DNA of 64,000 nucleotides from a virus: IMG/VR virus record IMGVR_UViG_3300042821_000035; one strand, 5' to 3'. Shown piece by piece: positions 55,279 to 64,000 of this stretch (position 1 is its first letter; each line of letters starts with the position of its first letter). The notes under the pieces were generated by a model. It saw only the letters and a program-made list of their open reading frames with translations, ran no database searches and was not told where the DNA came from. The position numbers and the translations under genes were made by a program.

Positions 55279-57171
55279 TCACGATTCCCAATTTGACGTG
55301 TACCAGCCACCCGCGATCAGATGCTGTGGTTGACGCCAGCGCGCCCAATAGACACCGGGGCCGCCGTAGTACGCCGACGCTATGTTGAGACCGGTGATGC
55401 AGGCGTTACCGATCTCAGCGTTCTGGTACCAGTAGCCGCCGAAGTCGATGTCGCCTGCGTGAACCCAACGGCATCTGGTCACGCATTGGTTGTAGCGATA
55501 ATTTGCGGCGTCCCACGCATAGGCGCTGGCGCGGCCGTTGACGTAGTCATGCAGCCAGCCGTACTGCGCGGCCCACATGTGACCGTCATTGTTGATGTAC
55601 CAAATCCAGCCGCCGCCGTTGTTCAGGAAGCCGATGTTGTTGTCCTGATGGTGGAGGTACATGTTCCCCCACGTATTGTCGTAGAACCGGATGAAGTTGG
55701 CTCCGCCTTCCATCACCATGTCGCCGCGCACGACCAGCGCTCCGTTGCAGTCAATCTGGCCGTGCGAGGTCAGGCCCCACGTCGTGGTGCCGTAGCCTTG
55801 GGTGTAGATCGAGTAGCAATTGATATGCCCCGATGTCAGCGGACTGCCGCCCATCGAGATGCCGCCAGCGGTGAACTGATGCGTGGCGCCGTCATAGAAG
55901 TGGTAGGCGGTCTTGGCTTGGTTCAGGTACAGCACGCCGGTGTTGGGCGTCGCCGCACGATAGACATTGAGGTCTCCGACAACGCTGGTGGCGCCGGTGA
56001 CGCTGAGACCGGCCGTTGCAGCGATGGTGCCATAGGCTGTCAGCGCTGCCGTCTGCCGTGAAATGTGCAGGCCCGGACCGATGTAGGCGCCGCCATCAGT
56101 AAAACGCTGCAGCACATAATTGGAGCCAGCATTGCTGCCGGTCTCCGCAGTGTTGTCAGCGAGCACCTCCTGCCAGCGCAACGCACCGGCCGACGAGTAG
56201 GCTTCAACGATCCGGCCCTGCTGTGGGCTGGTTGACTGCAGCCGCAGCGTCGGATTGACCGAGCGGATGGTCAGCAATCCGTTGACCGTGCCGCCCTGAC
56301 CGATGATGGAATCGACATAGGCCTTGGTCGTTGCATGCAACGCGTTAGTTGGTGGACCCGGCAATGTTATCTGGCCGCTCATTTCGCCGCCGGTTTTCAT
56401 CAGCGCGTTGCCCGCGTACTCGATGATCCTTGAGCGCGTCCACCCGGTAGTCGGAATGGTGGCGTCATTGGAGCCTTGCGGCGGGTGCACGGCCGTCTGC
56501 AGCGCAATGAACGGCACGGTACCGTCACGGCGGATGAAGGCGTTAACGTCGAGGCCTGACTCGGCCAGCGCCTCGGCGGCGTCCATGATCTCCTGATGCT
56601 TGACCAGAACCTCGGCGTGATCGGCCACCACCGTGGCATGCATCGGCGCGATCTCGTCGTGGTAAATCTTGGTCGAGTCCGCCATGCCCGGCGTCGATGA
56701 AATCACCCAGTCGGACCACGGCCCCGGATTGCCGTGATACGCAGTGATGGTGCAGAGCAATTCGCCGTTGGTGTTGTTGTAACCGTCCAGCCGCGCGATG
56801 GCGTAGTCGGTGATGTTGGCCTCACGCTCGACGATCAGGTATGGCGATGGCGTAAACGATGAACGCTGCGGCCCTTCGTCAATGATGAAATAGGTTGGAC
56901 CAATCGCCAGCGTTCGCTCGGTTGAGGATGGACCAAGCAGGAAGCCCAGCTTGGTGACCGCGATGATGTCTTCGGTGGCCGGGATCAGGATTTCGTTCAT
57001 CCGCGTCAGCGCGGCGGCACGTATTTCCTCGGTCAACTGCTGAACGACATCCTGTTGCGTCTCCAGCGACTGGAAACGGCCTTCAAGCGAAGGCAGCAAC
57101 CGCTTCATATAGGGGAGCAATTGCGTGCCAGACTTCAGATCAAATTCTTCGTCGAGCCGTTTCAGCGCCAT
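55279..57171 (-). CDS. Tail fibre / receptor-binding protein
   Basis: ATTKAYVD knuckle motif; Gly/Asn/aromatic-rich tip (NIGFLNNGGGW, YGWLHDY). Confidence 0.85.
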   Translation of the reverse strand: MALKRLDEEFDLKSGTQLLPYMKRLLPSLEGRFQSLETQQDVVQQLTEEIRAAALTRMNEILIPATEDIIAVTKLGFLLGPSSTERTLAIGPTYFIIDEGPQRSSFTPSPYLIVEREANITDYAIARLDGYNNTNGELLCTITAYHGNPGPWSDWVISSTPGMADSTKIYHDEIAPMHATVVADHAEVLVKHQEIMDAAEALAESGLDVNAFIRRDGTVPFIALQTAVHPPQGSNDATIPTTGWTRSRIIEYAGNALMKTGGEMSGQITLPGPPTNALHATTKAYVDSIIGQGGTVNGLLTIRSVNPTLRLQSTSPQQGRIVEAYSSAGALRWQEVLADNTAETGSNAGSNYVLQRFTDGGAYIGPGLHISRQTAALTAYGTIAATAGLSVTGATSVVGDLNVYRAATPNTGVLYLNQAKTAYHFYDGATHQFTAGGISMGGSPLTSGHINCYSIYTQGYGTTTWGLTSHGQIDCNGALVVRGDMVMEGGANFIRFYDNTWGNMYLHHQDNNIGFLNNGGGWIWYINNDGHMWAAQYGWLHDYVNGRASAYAWDAANYRYNQCVTRCRWVHAGDIDFGGYWYQNAEIGNACITGLNIASAYYGGPGVYWARWRQPQHLIAGGWYTSNWES

Positions 57172-57174
57172 GGT

Positions 57175-57627
57175 TTAACCCTCGCTGGGAGTGGCGGGCG
57201 GATTGTCCGGAATGTCGCCAAGCAATTCAGCGGTCTCAATCGAGTCGGCGACCTCAGTCGCTGCGTAACCGGCCATCTGATAGGCCTTGCCCGGCGCCAG
57301 CATTCGGCCAGCGAACAGCGCTCCCTTGCTGAGCGTGACGGTGTAGACTTTGTCATCCTCGAAAGTCGGCAGCGCCCTTTCTCTCCTCGGCGGCAACTCC
57401 GGCGGATTTTCATTGCTCGGTGTAGCTGGTCCGCCGACCTGATAGGTGCGATCATCAATCCATTCGCCGGGCCGCACCTGACGGCGCGACCCCTTGCCAT
57501 TGAATGGCGCCGGTGAAGGTGGACTGGAGTCGTTGCCTTGCGGAATAAGCCTCGCGGTCGCCGCATCGACCTGCGCCTTGGTGTAGGGATAGTTAACGTT
57601 GCGGTTTGGATATTTATCGGTGGACAT
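57175..57627 (-). CDS. Hypothetical tail-region protein (150 aa)
   Basis: GGAG RBS; Pro-rich; in operon. Confidence 0.6.
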   Translation of the reverse strand: MSTDKYPNRNVNYPYTKAQVDAATARLIPQGNDSSPPSPAPFNGKGSRRQVRPGEWIDDRTYQVGGPATPSNENPPELPPRRERALPTFEDDKVYTVTLSKGALFAGRMLAPGKAYQMAGYAATEVADSIETAELLGDIPDNPPATPSEG

Positions 57628-57639
57628 GGATGATCTCCG

Positions 57640-60063
57640 TTAGATGAACACGCCGATGTCGATGCGCTCGCCGACAAGGAAGGTGGATAGCTTGTTGTCG
57701 GTCGTGCCCTCGCATCTGATCTTGTATGCTGTGATAGCTGTGCCGCCGAGCGCCGCGAGATTCCACGTGCACGAGCGGATCACTGTTGTTGGGTCATCAG
57801 GGTCGATCTCGTCCTGTATCAAGGATGGCGTACGCACGTTGGCGTAGCCAGCGCCGACCAACAGTCGAGGAATGAAGGTGTGGTAGGGCTGCGGTGCGGA
57901 GACCGTACCGCCGCGCCACGACTCCAGCCGGAAGTCGCAGTACACGGTGTTGACCGCCGACGGCATCGTTCTTGCGGTCGAGATGTGCTTGAAGGTGTTG
58001 CTGCGACGTGAGGTCAGCGCCCGAGAGTTAAAGGCCACGCCGATGCCCGGCATTTCATCGGTGGTACCGCTCAACAGCACGCGGAATTGCAACAGCGCCG
58101 GAAGCCCCAGCACCGTAGGTCCGAGCGGACTGCCCTCATAGTAAGAAGCGAGCGGTTTCCACACGCCGCTGATCTGTACCTCGAACTGGATCGAGGTGCC
58201 GGGCGGACGCGTCGAGTCATAGTTCAAGTCGATCTCGGCGATGCCGCCGCCGAGTTCTAGTGGCGCCAATTGGGTGTAGACTCGGTTGGAGAGGAACTGA
58301 GCGAACTGCAGCCTGAACGCAAAGTCCTTGGTCATATCGCCCATCGCCCACGCCCCGTCGGTCGAGGTGAACAGCGAGCCCTGCGCAAACTTGTTGTTGT
58401 GCACCAGCGAGATGAAGTGATTGCCAGAGGTTTGCAGAACGAGGGCATAGCGTTTGCCCTTGGCCAGATACGTCGGCAGGAATTCGAACCGGGTACCATT
58501 CGGCTGAATACGCAACAGGTCTGCCGTCTTGCTGGCGCGGGCAATTGTCTTCTGATAGTCCGGCGCTCCGTTGCTAAGGCACTCGCAGATCAGCGCGTGT
58601 ACGTCACCGGACGCAGCGATTCTGGTGAAAAACACGTCAGCCGATGTCAGCCAACCGCCCTGTGAATTCAGAAAGGTTTGCGACACCACAGAGCCTGACA
58701 GCCCCTCAATGGTGACGATCTGGCGCCAGTAATAACTGTCAATGATTTCATCGACCCAGAACTGCACCAACCGCGTGATGGTGTGGTTGGGGTTGTCCTG
58801 CACGTCGAGAATCTGGAACGTCTCGGTGCCGCGCGTCAGGATGTTGCGCACCGGATCGTAAATCAGATCGGTGTTTGGCGTCATGCCTTGGAGGCCGCCG
58901 CCAGCGGCGGTGTTCCAACCTTCTTGGCCAGAGTTCACCGACGATATCCAGTCACGCCCGGATGGCGCGAACCACCACACGCCGTTGGCGCATACATAGA
59001 ACGCCGTGCCCCAGCGAATGCGAGTCCGCGTCTTGGTGCACAATTCCCAAGAGATGGTCTGGAATTGATACTGCGAGATCGACAGTTCACTGTCGTTGCC
59101 CAGAACTTCGAGCCGCGTTACCTGATTGTATTTTGGCAGCACGAAGTTGGCTTGGTTGACCACGCCCTCATCGAGCGGGTTGAGCAGAAACATCTGCGAG
59201 TCTTTTTGCTGCTCAAACGGAAACCGGATGCCCTCCTCGATCTCGGCGTGATAATCGACATTCATCGGCGGACCCACGTCGCTTTCGTCGGTCGTCAGGA
59301 AGTGGTCCGCGCCCCAGAACGTATAGTTGTCGGGCAGTCCGGTCTTCTCCTTGACCCGCGCCACATCGGCCGCAATCTTCATTGTGAACCGCATCGACGC
59401 GGTGCCGTTGAGCCGGGCTGCCAGTGCAGCCATGTCGGTCGCCAGCGTGTCGAGCCTCGACGCGGTGCGGGTACGCCACGCGTCGTTCTCGTTCATACGG
59501 CTGTTGAGATCGCGGAGGTTGGGCGCCCGGTTCTCGTCCACCATCGTGATCGAGACGACACCGCTGGAATCCAGCAACACCCAGCACACCACCAGCGTGT
59601 TGGAGGCAATCGCGGGCTTCTGTGGGTCCGGACCTTCCGGTCCCATCACCGTCGAAATGTTGGCCCACCTGCGATTCTCGGTCGAGACCACACGCGCCAC
59701 CGTGGCGCGGGTCACCGGATCGGTCAGGAAGGTTCGCGGCTCGGTATCGGTCTCAGTCTCTTGGCCCCACACCACGATGCCGACATAGCGCCGCGTCACC
59801 ACCGGCAACACGCTCAGCAGGTCAAGCGATGAGCCGCCCTCGCTATCGTTGTAGAACACAAGACCGTTGTGATAGAGCCGTCCGCTGCCGACGGTGACCA
59901 CCGCAGGCGCCGTCTGCACCGTCGTAAATCCGGTGTACGCCATGTCGGGGATAAGAGTGTCACCGACGATGTGATCAAAAGAGGCGCGTGGAAACAGACC
60001 GAAGTTGTTGAAATCTTCGACAGTGACCTTTTGCCAGTCCTGAATATTGACCTTTCGTTCCAT
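57640..60063 (-). CDS. Large baseplate/tail structural protein (807 aa)
   Basis: Beta-rich ORF between gpI and the fibre. Confidence 0.7.
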   Translation of the reverse strand: MERKVNIQDWQKVTVEDFNNFGLFPRASFDHIVGDTLIPDMAYTGFTTVQTAPAVVTVGSGRLYHNGLVFYNDSEGGSSLDLLSVLPVVTRRYVGIVVWGQETETDTEPRTFLTDPVTRATVARVVSTENRRWANISTVMGPEGPDPQKPAIASNTLVVCWVLLDSSGVVSITMVDENRAPNLRDLNSRMNENDAWRTRTASRLDTLATDMAALAARLNGTASMRFTMKIAADVARVKEKTGLPDNYTFWGADHFLTTDESDVGPPMNVDYHAEIEEGIRFPFEQQKDSQMFLLNPLDEGVVNQANFVLPKYNQVTRLEVLGNDSELSISQYQFQTISWELCTKTRTRIRWGTAFYVCANGVWWFAPSGRDWISSVNSGQEGWNTAAGGGLQGMTPNTDLIYDPVRNILTRGTETFQILDVQDNPNHTITRLVQFWVDEIIDSYYWRQIVTIEGLSGSVVSQTFLNSQGGWLTSADVFFTRIAASGDVHALICECLSNGAPDYQKTIARASKTADLLRIQPNGTRFEFLPTYLAKGKRYALVLQTSGNHFISLVHNNKFAQGSLFTSTDGAWAMGDMTKDFAFRLQFAQFLSNRVYTQLAPLELGGGIAEIDLNYDSTRPPGTSIQFEVQISGVWKPLASYYEGSPLGPTVLGLPALLQFRVLLSGTTDEMPGIGVAFNSRALTSRRSNTFKHISTARTMPSAVNTVYCDFRLESWRGGTVSAPQPYHTFIPRLLVGAGYANVRTPSLIQDEIDPDDPTTVIRSCTWNLAALGGTAITAYKIRCEGTTDNKLSTFLVGERIDIGVFI

Positions 60064-60080
60064 GGATGCAGCCTCTCTGC

Positions 60081-61487
60081 TTAGAGCAAGTTCGTGACTT
60101 GCTGATCAACTGTGGTTTCGGTGAAGGCGCGCTCTCTCAGTTCAATCAAGCGCGTTGGGTCGTAGGCGGTGCGAACGCGGTCACGCATAGCCTGCGAAAC
60201 GATGACGGCGCGACAGGCGCGGTCGAAGTCTTGCAGCTGCACCGTGGAGGCGAAGTAATTGTCATCGTGAACAAAGGCCTCGTCACCGAACCACGAATAG
60301 ACATCATCGCTGGTGTGGAGGTCGATCATCAGGTCTGCGGTATAGGCAGGCCACGATACGTAATCGACACCGACGAACGAGATGCCGCCGGTCAGCATCC
60401 CAACGATATCGGGGTCGTAGAGGAACACCCGGTCCGCCAGCATGCGCGGCGCGTCGTGTCCGGCGTCGGCGTAGAACACCACCGGCGGCGGTGGCGGCGG
60501 TTGTGGGATCGTGTTGTACGGCGGCGTCGGCGTGTAGATCAGCGGGTTGGGCTCAGGTGGCGGCGTGTACTCGTTACGGTAGTCGCTCCAATCCCCAACA
60601 AAGAAAAAGCTGTTGCCCCAGCCGACATCCGAGTTGCGCTCATAGCGAACGTCGATGGGATCGAGACCGGGCAGCACGGTGTCTAGATGCAGCAGCGACT
60701 CTTCGTGACTATAGGAGCCATCAATGCGAACGGTGACCAGCTGCGGCACCACGGTTTCGGCGCAGACATATTCATCGTCGTTGACGAAGTCGCCCTGCAT
60801 GAAGGCCGGGCCCGCCAGTCCGGGGATCGCCACCCGCTCATAATCCACCGAGACCACATTGTTGATGACCTTGGTGAAGGTGTAGATTTGCAGCGGGATG
60901 TCCTTGCCCTTGATGCGCAGGAACGCCTTGCGGCCATGCAGCGCCGGACCGTCATCCAAACCAACGAAGTCGTTGACACCGCCGTGGTCTGAATACAGCA
61001 CATCGACACCATCCCAGCCGACACCCTCATAGAAGGTGATCCGCAGTTCCGGCATCATGTGAATCCAGAAGTCGTAATTCTCCTTGCTCAGCGACGGCGA
61101 AGCATAGAAAGACTGCGGCGGGCGCAGCGCTTGCACAACGTCGTAACCGCCAGTGAAATCGCGACCAGAAAAATCCAGCGCCATTTCAATACCATCGAGC
61201 GTACCACGCAGGGCTTTGTACTCGAATTGCCTCGCCGTCCATTCACGCTGCGTACTCTCAGACCATCCTTCCTCCCACAACAGCGCGCCTTGCGCGTAGG
61301 CCAGATAGGGCAGGTTGTTGTAAGAAATCTTGTAGGGGTCCCACTGGTCGATGATGATCTCGGCATAGGTGCCGATCAGTCGCTCACCATCAACGTCAGC
61401 CATCGCCTTCTCAAGGCCGGACGCCGCGCGATAAAGTAGCTTGGCACCGGGCGCCTTGATGATGCCTTCGGTGACGATGTCGTTCAT
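60081..61487 (-). CDS. Baseplate wedge protein, P2 gpI-like (extended)
   Basis: WDPY...LPYLAYAQG...W...KGT-like KALRGTLDGIEMAL. Confidence 0.82.
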   Translation of the reverse strand: MNDIVTEGIIKAPGAKLLYRAASGLEKAMADVDGERLIGTYAEIIIDQWDPYKISYNNLPYLAYAQGALLWEEGWSESTQREWTARQFEYKALRGTLDGIEMALDFSGRDFTGGYDVVQALRPPQSFYASPSLSKENYDFWIHMMPELRITFYEGVGWDGVDVLYSDHGGVNDFVGLDDGPALHGRKAFLRIKGKDIPLQIYTFTKVINNVVSVDYERVAIPGLAGPAFMQGDFVNDDEYVCAETVVPQLVTVRIDGSYSHEESLLHLDTVLPGLDPIDVRYERNSDVGWGNSFFFVGDWSDYRNEYTPPPEPNPLIYTPTPPYNTIPQPPPPPPVVFYADAGHDAPRMLADRVFLYDPDIVGMLTGGISFVGVDYVSWPAYTADLMIDLHTSDDVYSWFGDEAFVHDDNYFASTVQLQDFDRACRAVIVSQAMRDRVRTAYDPTRLIELRERAFTETTVDQQVTNLL

Positions 61488-62443
61488 AGCATGCGACCCG
61501 CGAGGGTCACGGTGATGCTGTTAACCCGCACGATCCAGTCGAGCGGCACGAAGATATCTTCTGTAGGCTCGACCACCTCGATGTGGTGCACGCCGGAGAG
61601 CGCGCAGGCTGCGTTGATCGCCATCAGCGAATGATCGTGCCCGAGCCAGTACTGGTTCTCGGCCAGCTTGGTCAGGTTCTCCTTGATCTGGATCAGCGCC
61701 GGTTCAGGCATCGTGCCGGGATAGAGCCACAGCGCAACATTGTAGTTGATGTCCCTGATCTTGGGCGGGTTGACCGAAATCACGTCGGTCAGTCCCATGC
61801 GGGCTTCGGACTGGATGTAGGCGCGTATCCGCACCAGCTGCTCATCGCTCGGCGATGGAGAGTTGGGCGGCTGCAGCAGGCAGGTGATCAGGATCGTCGG
61901 ATAGTAATCATGCTGCACCGAGCGGATCGCGGTGACATCGCGCAATTCCGGCAGCGCGGTCAGCGCCCAGTATTCATAAGCCTCGGCGGTGCCGTGGGGT
62001 GACAGCGTGTTGGGCGAGAGCCATATCCGCCGACGGTAGCGGTCATCGCTTTCGCCCTCCAGTCGCGGCACGCCACCGGGATAACGTGACGCGATGGCAT
62101 CGAGATCGGTGCCGATGGCATAGGCCAAGGTGACCGATCTTGCCGCCTGATTGACGCGGTCACGCAGCAACAATTCGAAATAGCTGCAGACCTCTTGGTT
62201 GATCTTGATCGGATCAAATTCAAGGTTCTCGACATCGTACTGCGCCGCCGATGGCGGATCGTAGCTGGCCCATAGCTGCTTGAGTCGCGCCATCCGCGCC
62301 TCCAGCGTGGTCTCAACGTCGAGCTTCTCCAGCACGATCATCGGCTGCAGGTTGGCTGGCACGAGGATCGAGATGCGCTCGCTCAGCCGGTCAGCCAGAG
62401 ACTGTCCGCCGACGCTGCCCGAGAGATCGCTGGTGTCGCTCAT
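61484..62443 (-). CDS. Baseplate protein J
   Basis: LAYAIGTDLD, GESDDRYRRRI, GTAEAYEY. Confidence 0.92.
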   Translation of the reverse strand: MSDTSDLSGSVGGQSLADRLSERISILVPANLQPMIVLEKLDVETTLEARMARLKQLWASYDPPSAAQYDVENLEFDPIKINQEVCSYFELLLRDRVNQAARSVTLAYAIGTDLDAIASRYPGGVPRLEGESDDRYRRRIWLSPNTLSPHGTAEAYEYWALTALPELRDVTAIRSVQHDYYPTILITCLLQPPNSPSPSDEQLVRIRAYIQSEARMGLTDVISVNPPKIRDINYNVALWLYPGTMPEPALIQIKENLTKLAENQYWLGHDHSLMAINAACALSGVHHIEVVEPTEDIFVPLDWIVRVNSITVTLAGRML

Positions 62444-63012
62444 AAAATGCTCCCCGGAGGAATGGCTGGTGTGACGCCCTGACCGAACGCAGGCGCGCCC
62501 GCGACCAGACCCGGCTGCCGCTCCCAGATGTTGAAACCTCGTGAAACCAGACCGACTGCTCGCCGCACCTCGGGCGAAGAATTGCCGAGGTGACCGCGCG
62601 GCCGGTAGACGCCGTCCATCCCGGTGGTGAGATGGCCGCTGCCTCGCAATTCTTCCGGCGAGGTCATGATCGAGCCGTCATTGCGCTTGGCCACCCGCAC
62701 CCGCTGGATGCGATAGTTTGGCTCCCACAAATCAAGGCCGGTAGCTATCGCCCAGTAAAACCGAGCGATGGTGTTCTGCGTGGCGTTCTCGCCGATCAGA
62801 TGCGGCACGAACGAGCCGCACCACCTGCGCAGCACGCGCTCGTGGTAGCGCGTCGAGAAGATCAGCAGCATGCTTTGGATGACGTGATCCCACCCCGTCA
62901 GAACCTTGCCGGTGTATCGGTCCATTCCGATACGCACCGGCGACAGGACGATGCGGCCGTTTTTCAAATCCGGCCACATGTCCAGTGTTGGGTCGTAGAG
63001 GTTGGTGTCCAT
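62440..63012 (-). CDS. Baseplate protein W / gp25-like
   Basis: GMDRYTGKVL...HVIQS..IFST...LWEP. Confidence 0.85.
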   Translation of the reverse strand: MDTNLYDPTLDMWPDLKNGRIVLSPVRIGMDRYTGKVLTGWDHVIQSMLLIFSTRYHERVLRRWCGSFVPHLIGENATQNTIARFYWAIATGLDLWEPNYRIQRVRVAKRNDGSIMTSPEELRGSGHLTTGMDGVYRPRGHLGNSSPEVRRAVGLVSRGFNIWERQPGLVAGAPAFGQGVTPAIPPGSIL

Positions 63013-63013
63013 G

Positions 63014-63508
63014 CTACTGAACGGGCGCTACGACGGGTTTCTCCGCAGGTACGGTCTCGCCGGGCTTCTTGGCGTCCTTCGGCTGCCCGGTCCTGATGTC
63101 GCGCTCGTTCTTGGCCTTGGTCTGCGGGTCCTTGCTGCCGTGTTTGCTCTTGGCAGCCATAGCCTTCTTCCTGCGCATCGCCGCCATGGAGCCCGCAAAC
63201 TGCGGCTCGCCTGACTGCATCTGCTTCGAGTATCGCGGCAACCGCCCCGGCTCTTCGTCCTCGCTGCGCCCGCGCGTGATTTGCTTGAGCAGCGCCTTGC
63301 TGGATTCGCCGAGCTTCGAGATCGGATCAGTGCCGAGCAGGCCCTGATCAATCCAGTACTGGACCTGCATCGGCGAGGCGAGAATGTACTTTCCGTTATC
63401 GTTGTCTTCGTCCTCGCGAACCCGCAGGCGGCCGAGTTCGTCTCCGACATTCACCGCCGGGTCATAGACATAGAATTTCGTCAGCACGAGGTGCTTTTGC
63501 CTTGCCAT
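63014..63508 (-). CDS. Hypothetical protein (164 aa)
   Basis: GGAG RBS; between gpV and gpW. Confidence 0.6.
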   Translation of the reverse strand: MARQKHLVLTKFYVYDPAVNVGDELGRLRVREDEDNDNGKYILASPMQVQYWIDQGLLGTDPISKLGESSKALLKQITRGRSEDEEPGRLPRYSKQMQSGEPQFAGSMAAMRRKKAMAAKSKHGSKDPQTKAKNERDIRTGQPKDAKKPGETVPAEKPVVAPVQ

Positions 63509-63528
63509 ATCGTCTCTCCTGTTGGGGT

Positions 63529-64000
63529 TTACTTGTCGTCGTTCTTGAGCGGGTCCGCGCCAAGCTCGGGCGGCTGGCTGAAAATGATCTTGCCCTTCTT
63601 GACAACAACGAAGTCGGAGCCAGCGCGCAGCTTGGCGCCTTCCTTGTTCGCAGCCAGTCGAACATCCTTGCCGACGCGCAGCGTGTGCCCGCCGTCCTTA
63701 TTCATCCGGGCCTTGATGGTGGCCTTGTCGCCGCCGGTGTGGCCCTTGCTGTCCTTCTTCTGGCCACCGCCACCGCCTTGGCCGCCACCGCCTTGCTTCT
63801 TGCTATCGTCCTCCTGCAGCCAGTTGTCGTAGCCTTCCTTGGTCTGCTTGCCGCGATAGTCTTCGAGTTGATAGCTCTCCTCGCCCTCTGAGGACTCGTT
63901 GGCGTGCTCGGGGCGGGGGAAGTCCTTGTTGGGTGCGTAAGGCGAGATCATGCCCTGACCGACATCGCCATTCGGCGCGATCAGGCTGAGCGTCTGGCCC
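63529..64000 (-). CDS. Baseplate spike gpV-like (5' end outside the window)
   Basis: Frame open to the window edge: GQTLSLIAPNGDVGQGMISP matches the gpV OB-fold end. Confidence 0.75.
   Translation of the reverse strand, partial: GQTLSLIAPNGDVGQGMISPYAPNKDFPRPEHANESSEGEESYQLEDYRGKQTKEGYDNWLQEDDSKKQGGGGQGGGGGQKKDSKGHTGGDKATIKARMNKDGGHTLRVGKDVRLAANKEGAKLRAGSDFVVVKKGKIIFSQPPELGADPLKNDDK

Larger units (their letters stand above)
1..64000. mobile_element. Tailed bacteriophage genome segment (P2-like contractile tail), likely alphaproteobacterial host
   Basis: Terminase, portal, MuF, sheath, tube, tape measure, baseplate and lysis genes; no host housekeeping genes seen anywhere in the window. Confidence 0.97.

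Noticed and set aside
55279-57171. Diversity-generating retroelement or invertible tail-fibre cassette
   Set aside because: No reverse transcriptase, template repeat, invertase or second fibre tip seen in the window
1-64000. tRNA or rRNA genes
   Set aside because: No cloverleaf or rRNA-like sequence recognised by eye; tRNAscan-SE would be needed to exclude them

Overview
The whole window is one tailed (myovirus-type, P2-like contractile tail) phage genome segment, probably from an alphaproteobacterial host (GcrA-like regulator, two PEPxxWA-type PEP-CTERM proteins, GC-rich codon usage). Minus-strand late genes occupy both ends. On the left: NusG-like antiterminator, terS, terL, a giant portal fusion, MuF and a head fibre running off base 1. 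On the right: baseplate V/W/J/I, tail fibre, sheath, tube, chaperone, tape measure, U/X/D, endolysin and a holin-like protein. Early blocks lie between: a MoxR-AAA/VWA operon with many small genes (+), a helicase/resolvase/MTase/GcrA/Cro block (-) and a recombination/accessory block (+). I saw no integrase, CI-type repressor, major capsid or reverse transcriptase. The strongest signal is at 30227-32432: a Cas7/RAMP-like gene, a 177-aa partner gene, and an ~840-nt non-coding array of GGY-NN pentamers punctuated by 12 copies of AAGGCAGGC and closed by a hairpin. A second, stand-alone 13-pentamer unit with the identical 20-nt leader and its own UUCG hairpin lies antisense in the late operon at 2271-2377. 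As I recall the literature (not checked here), this matches the VIPR-type RNA-guided system, whose guides use a gapped dinucleotide code. Also notable is a portal fused to three effector-like modules (GNAT-like, ParB/Srx-like, ADP-ribosyltransferase). All family assignments come from motif recognition by eye; no database searches were run.
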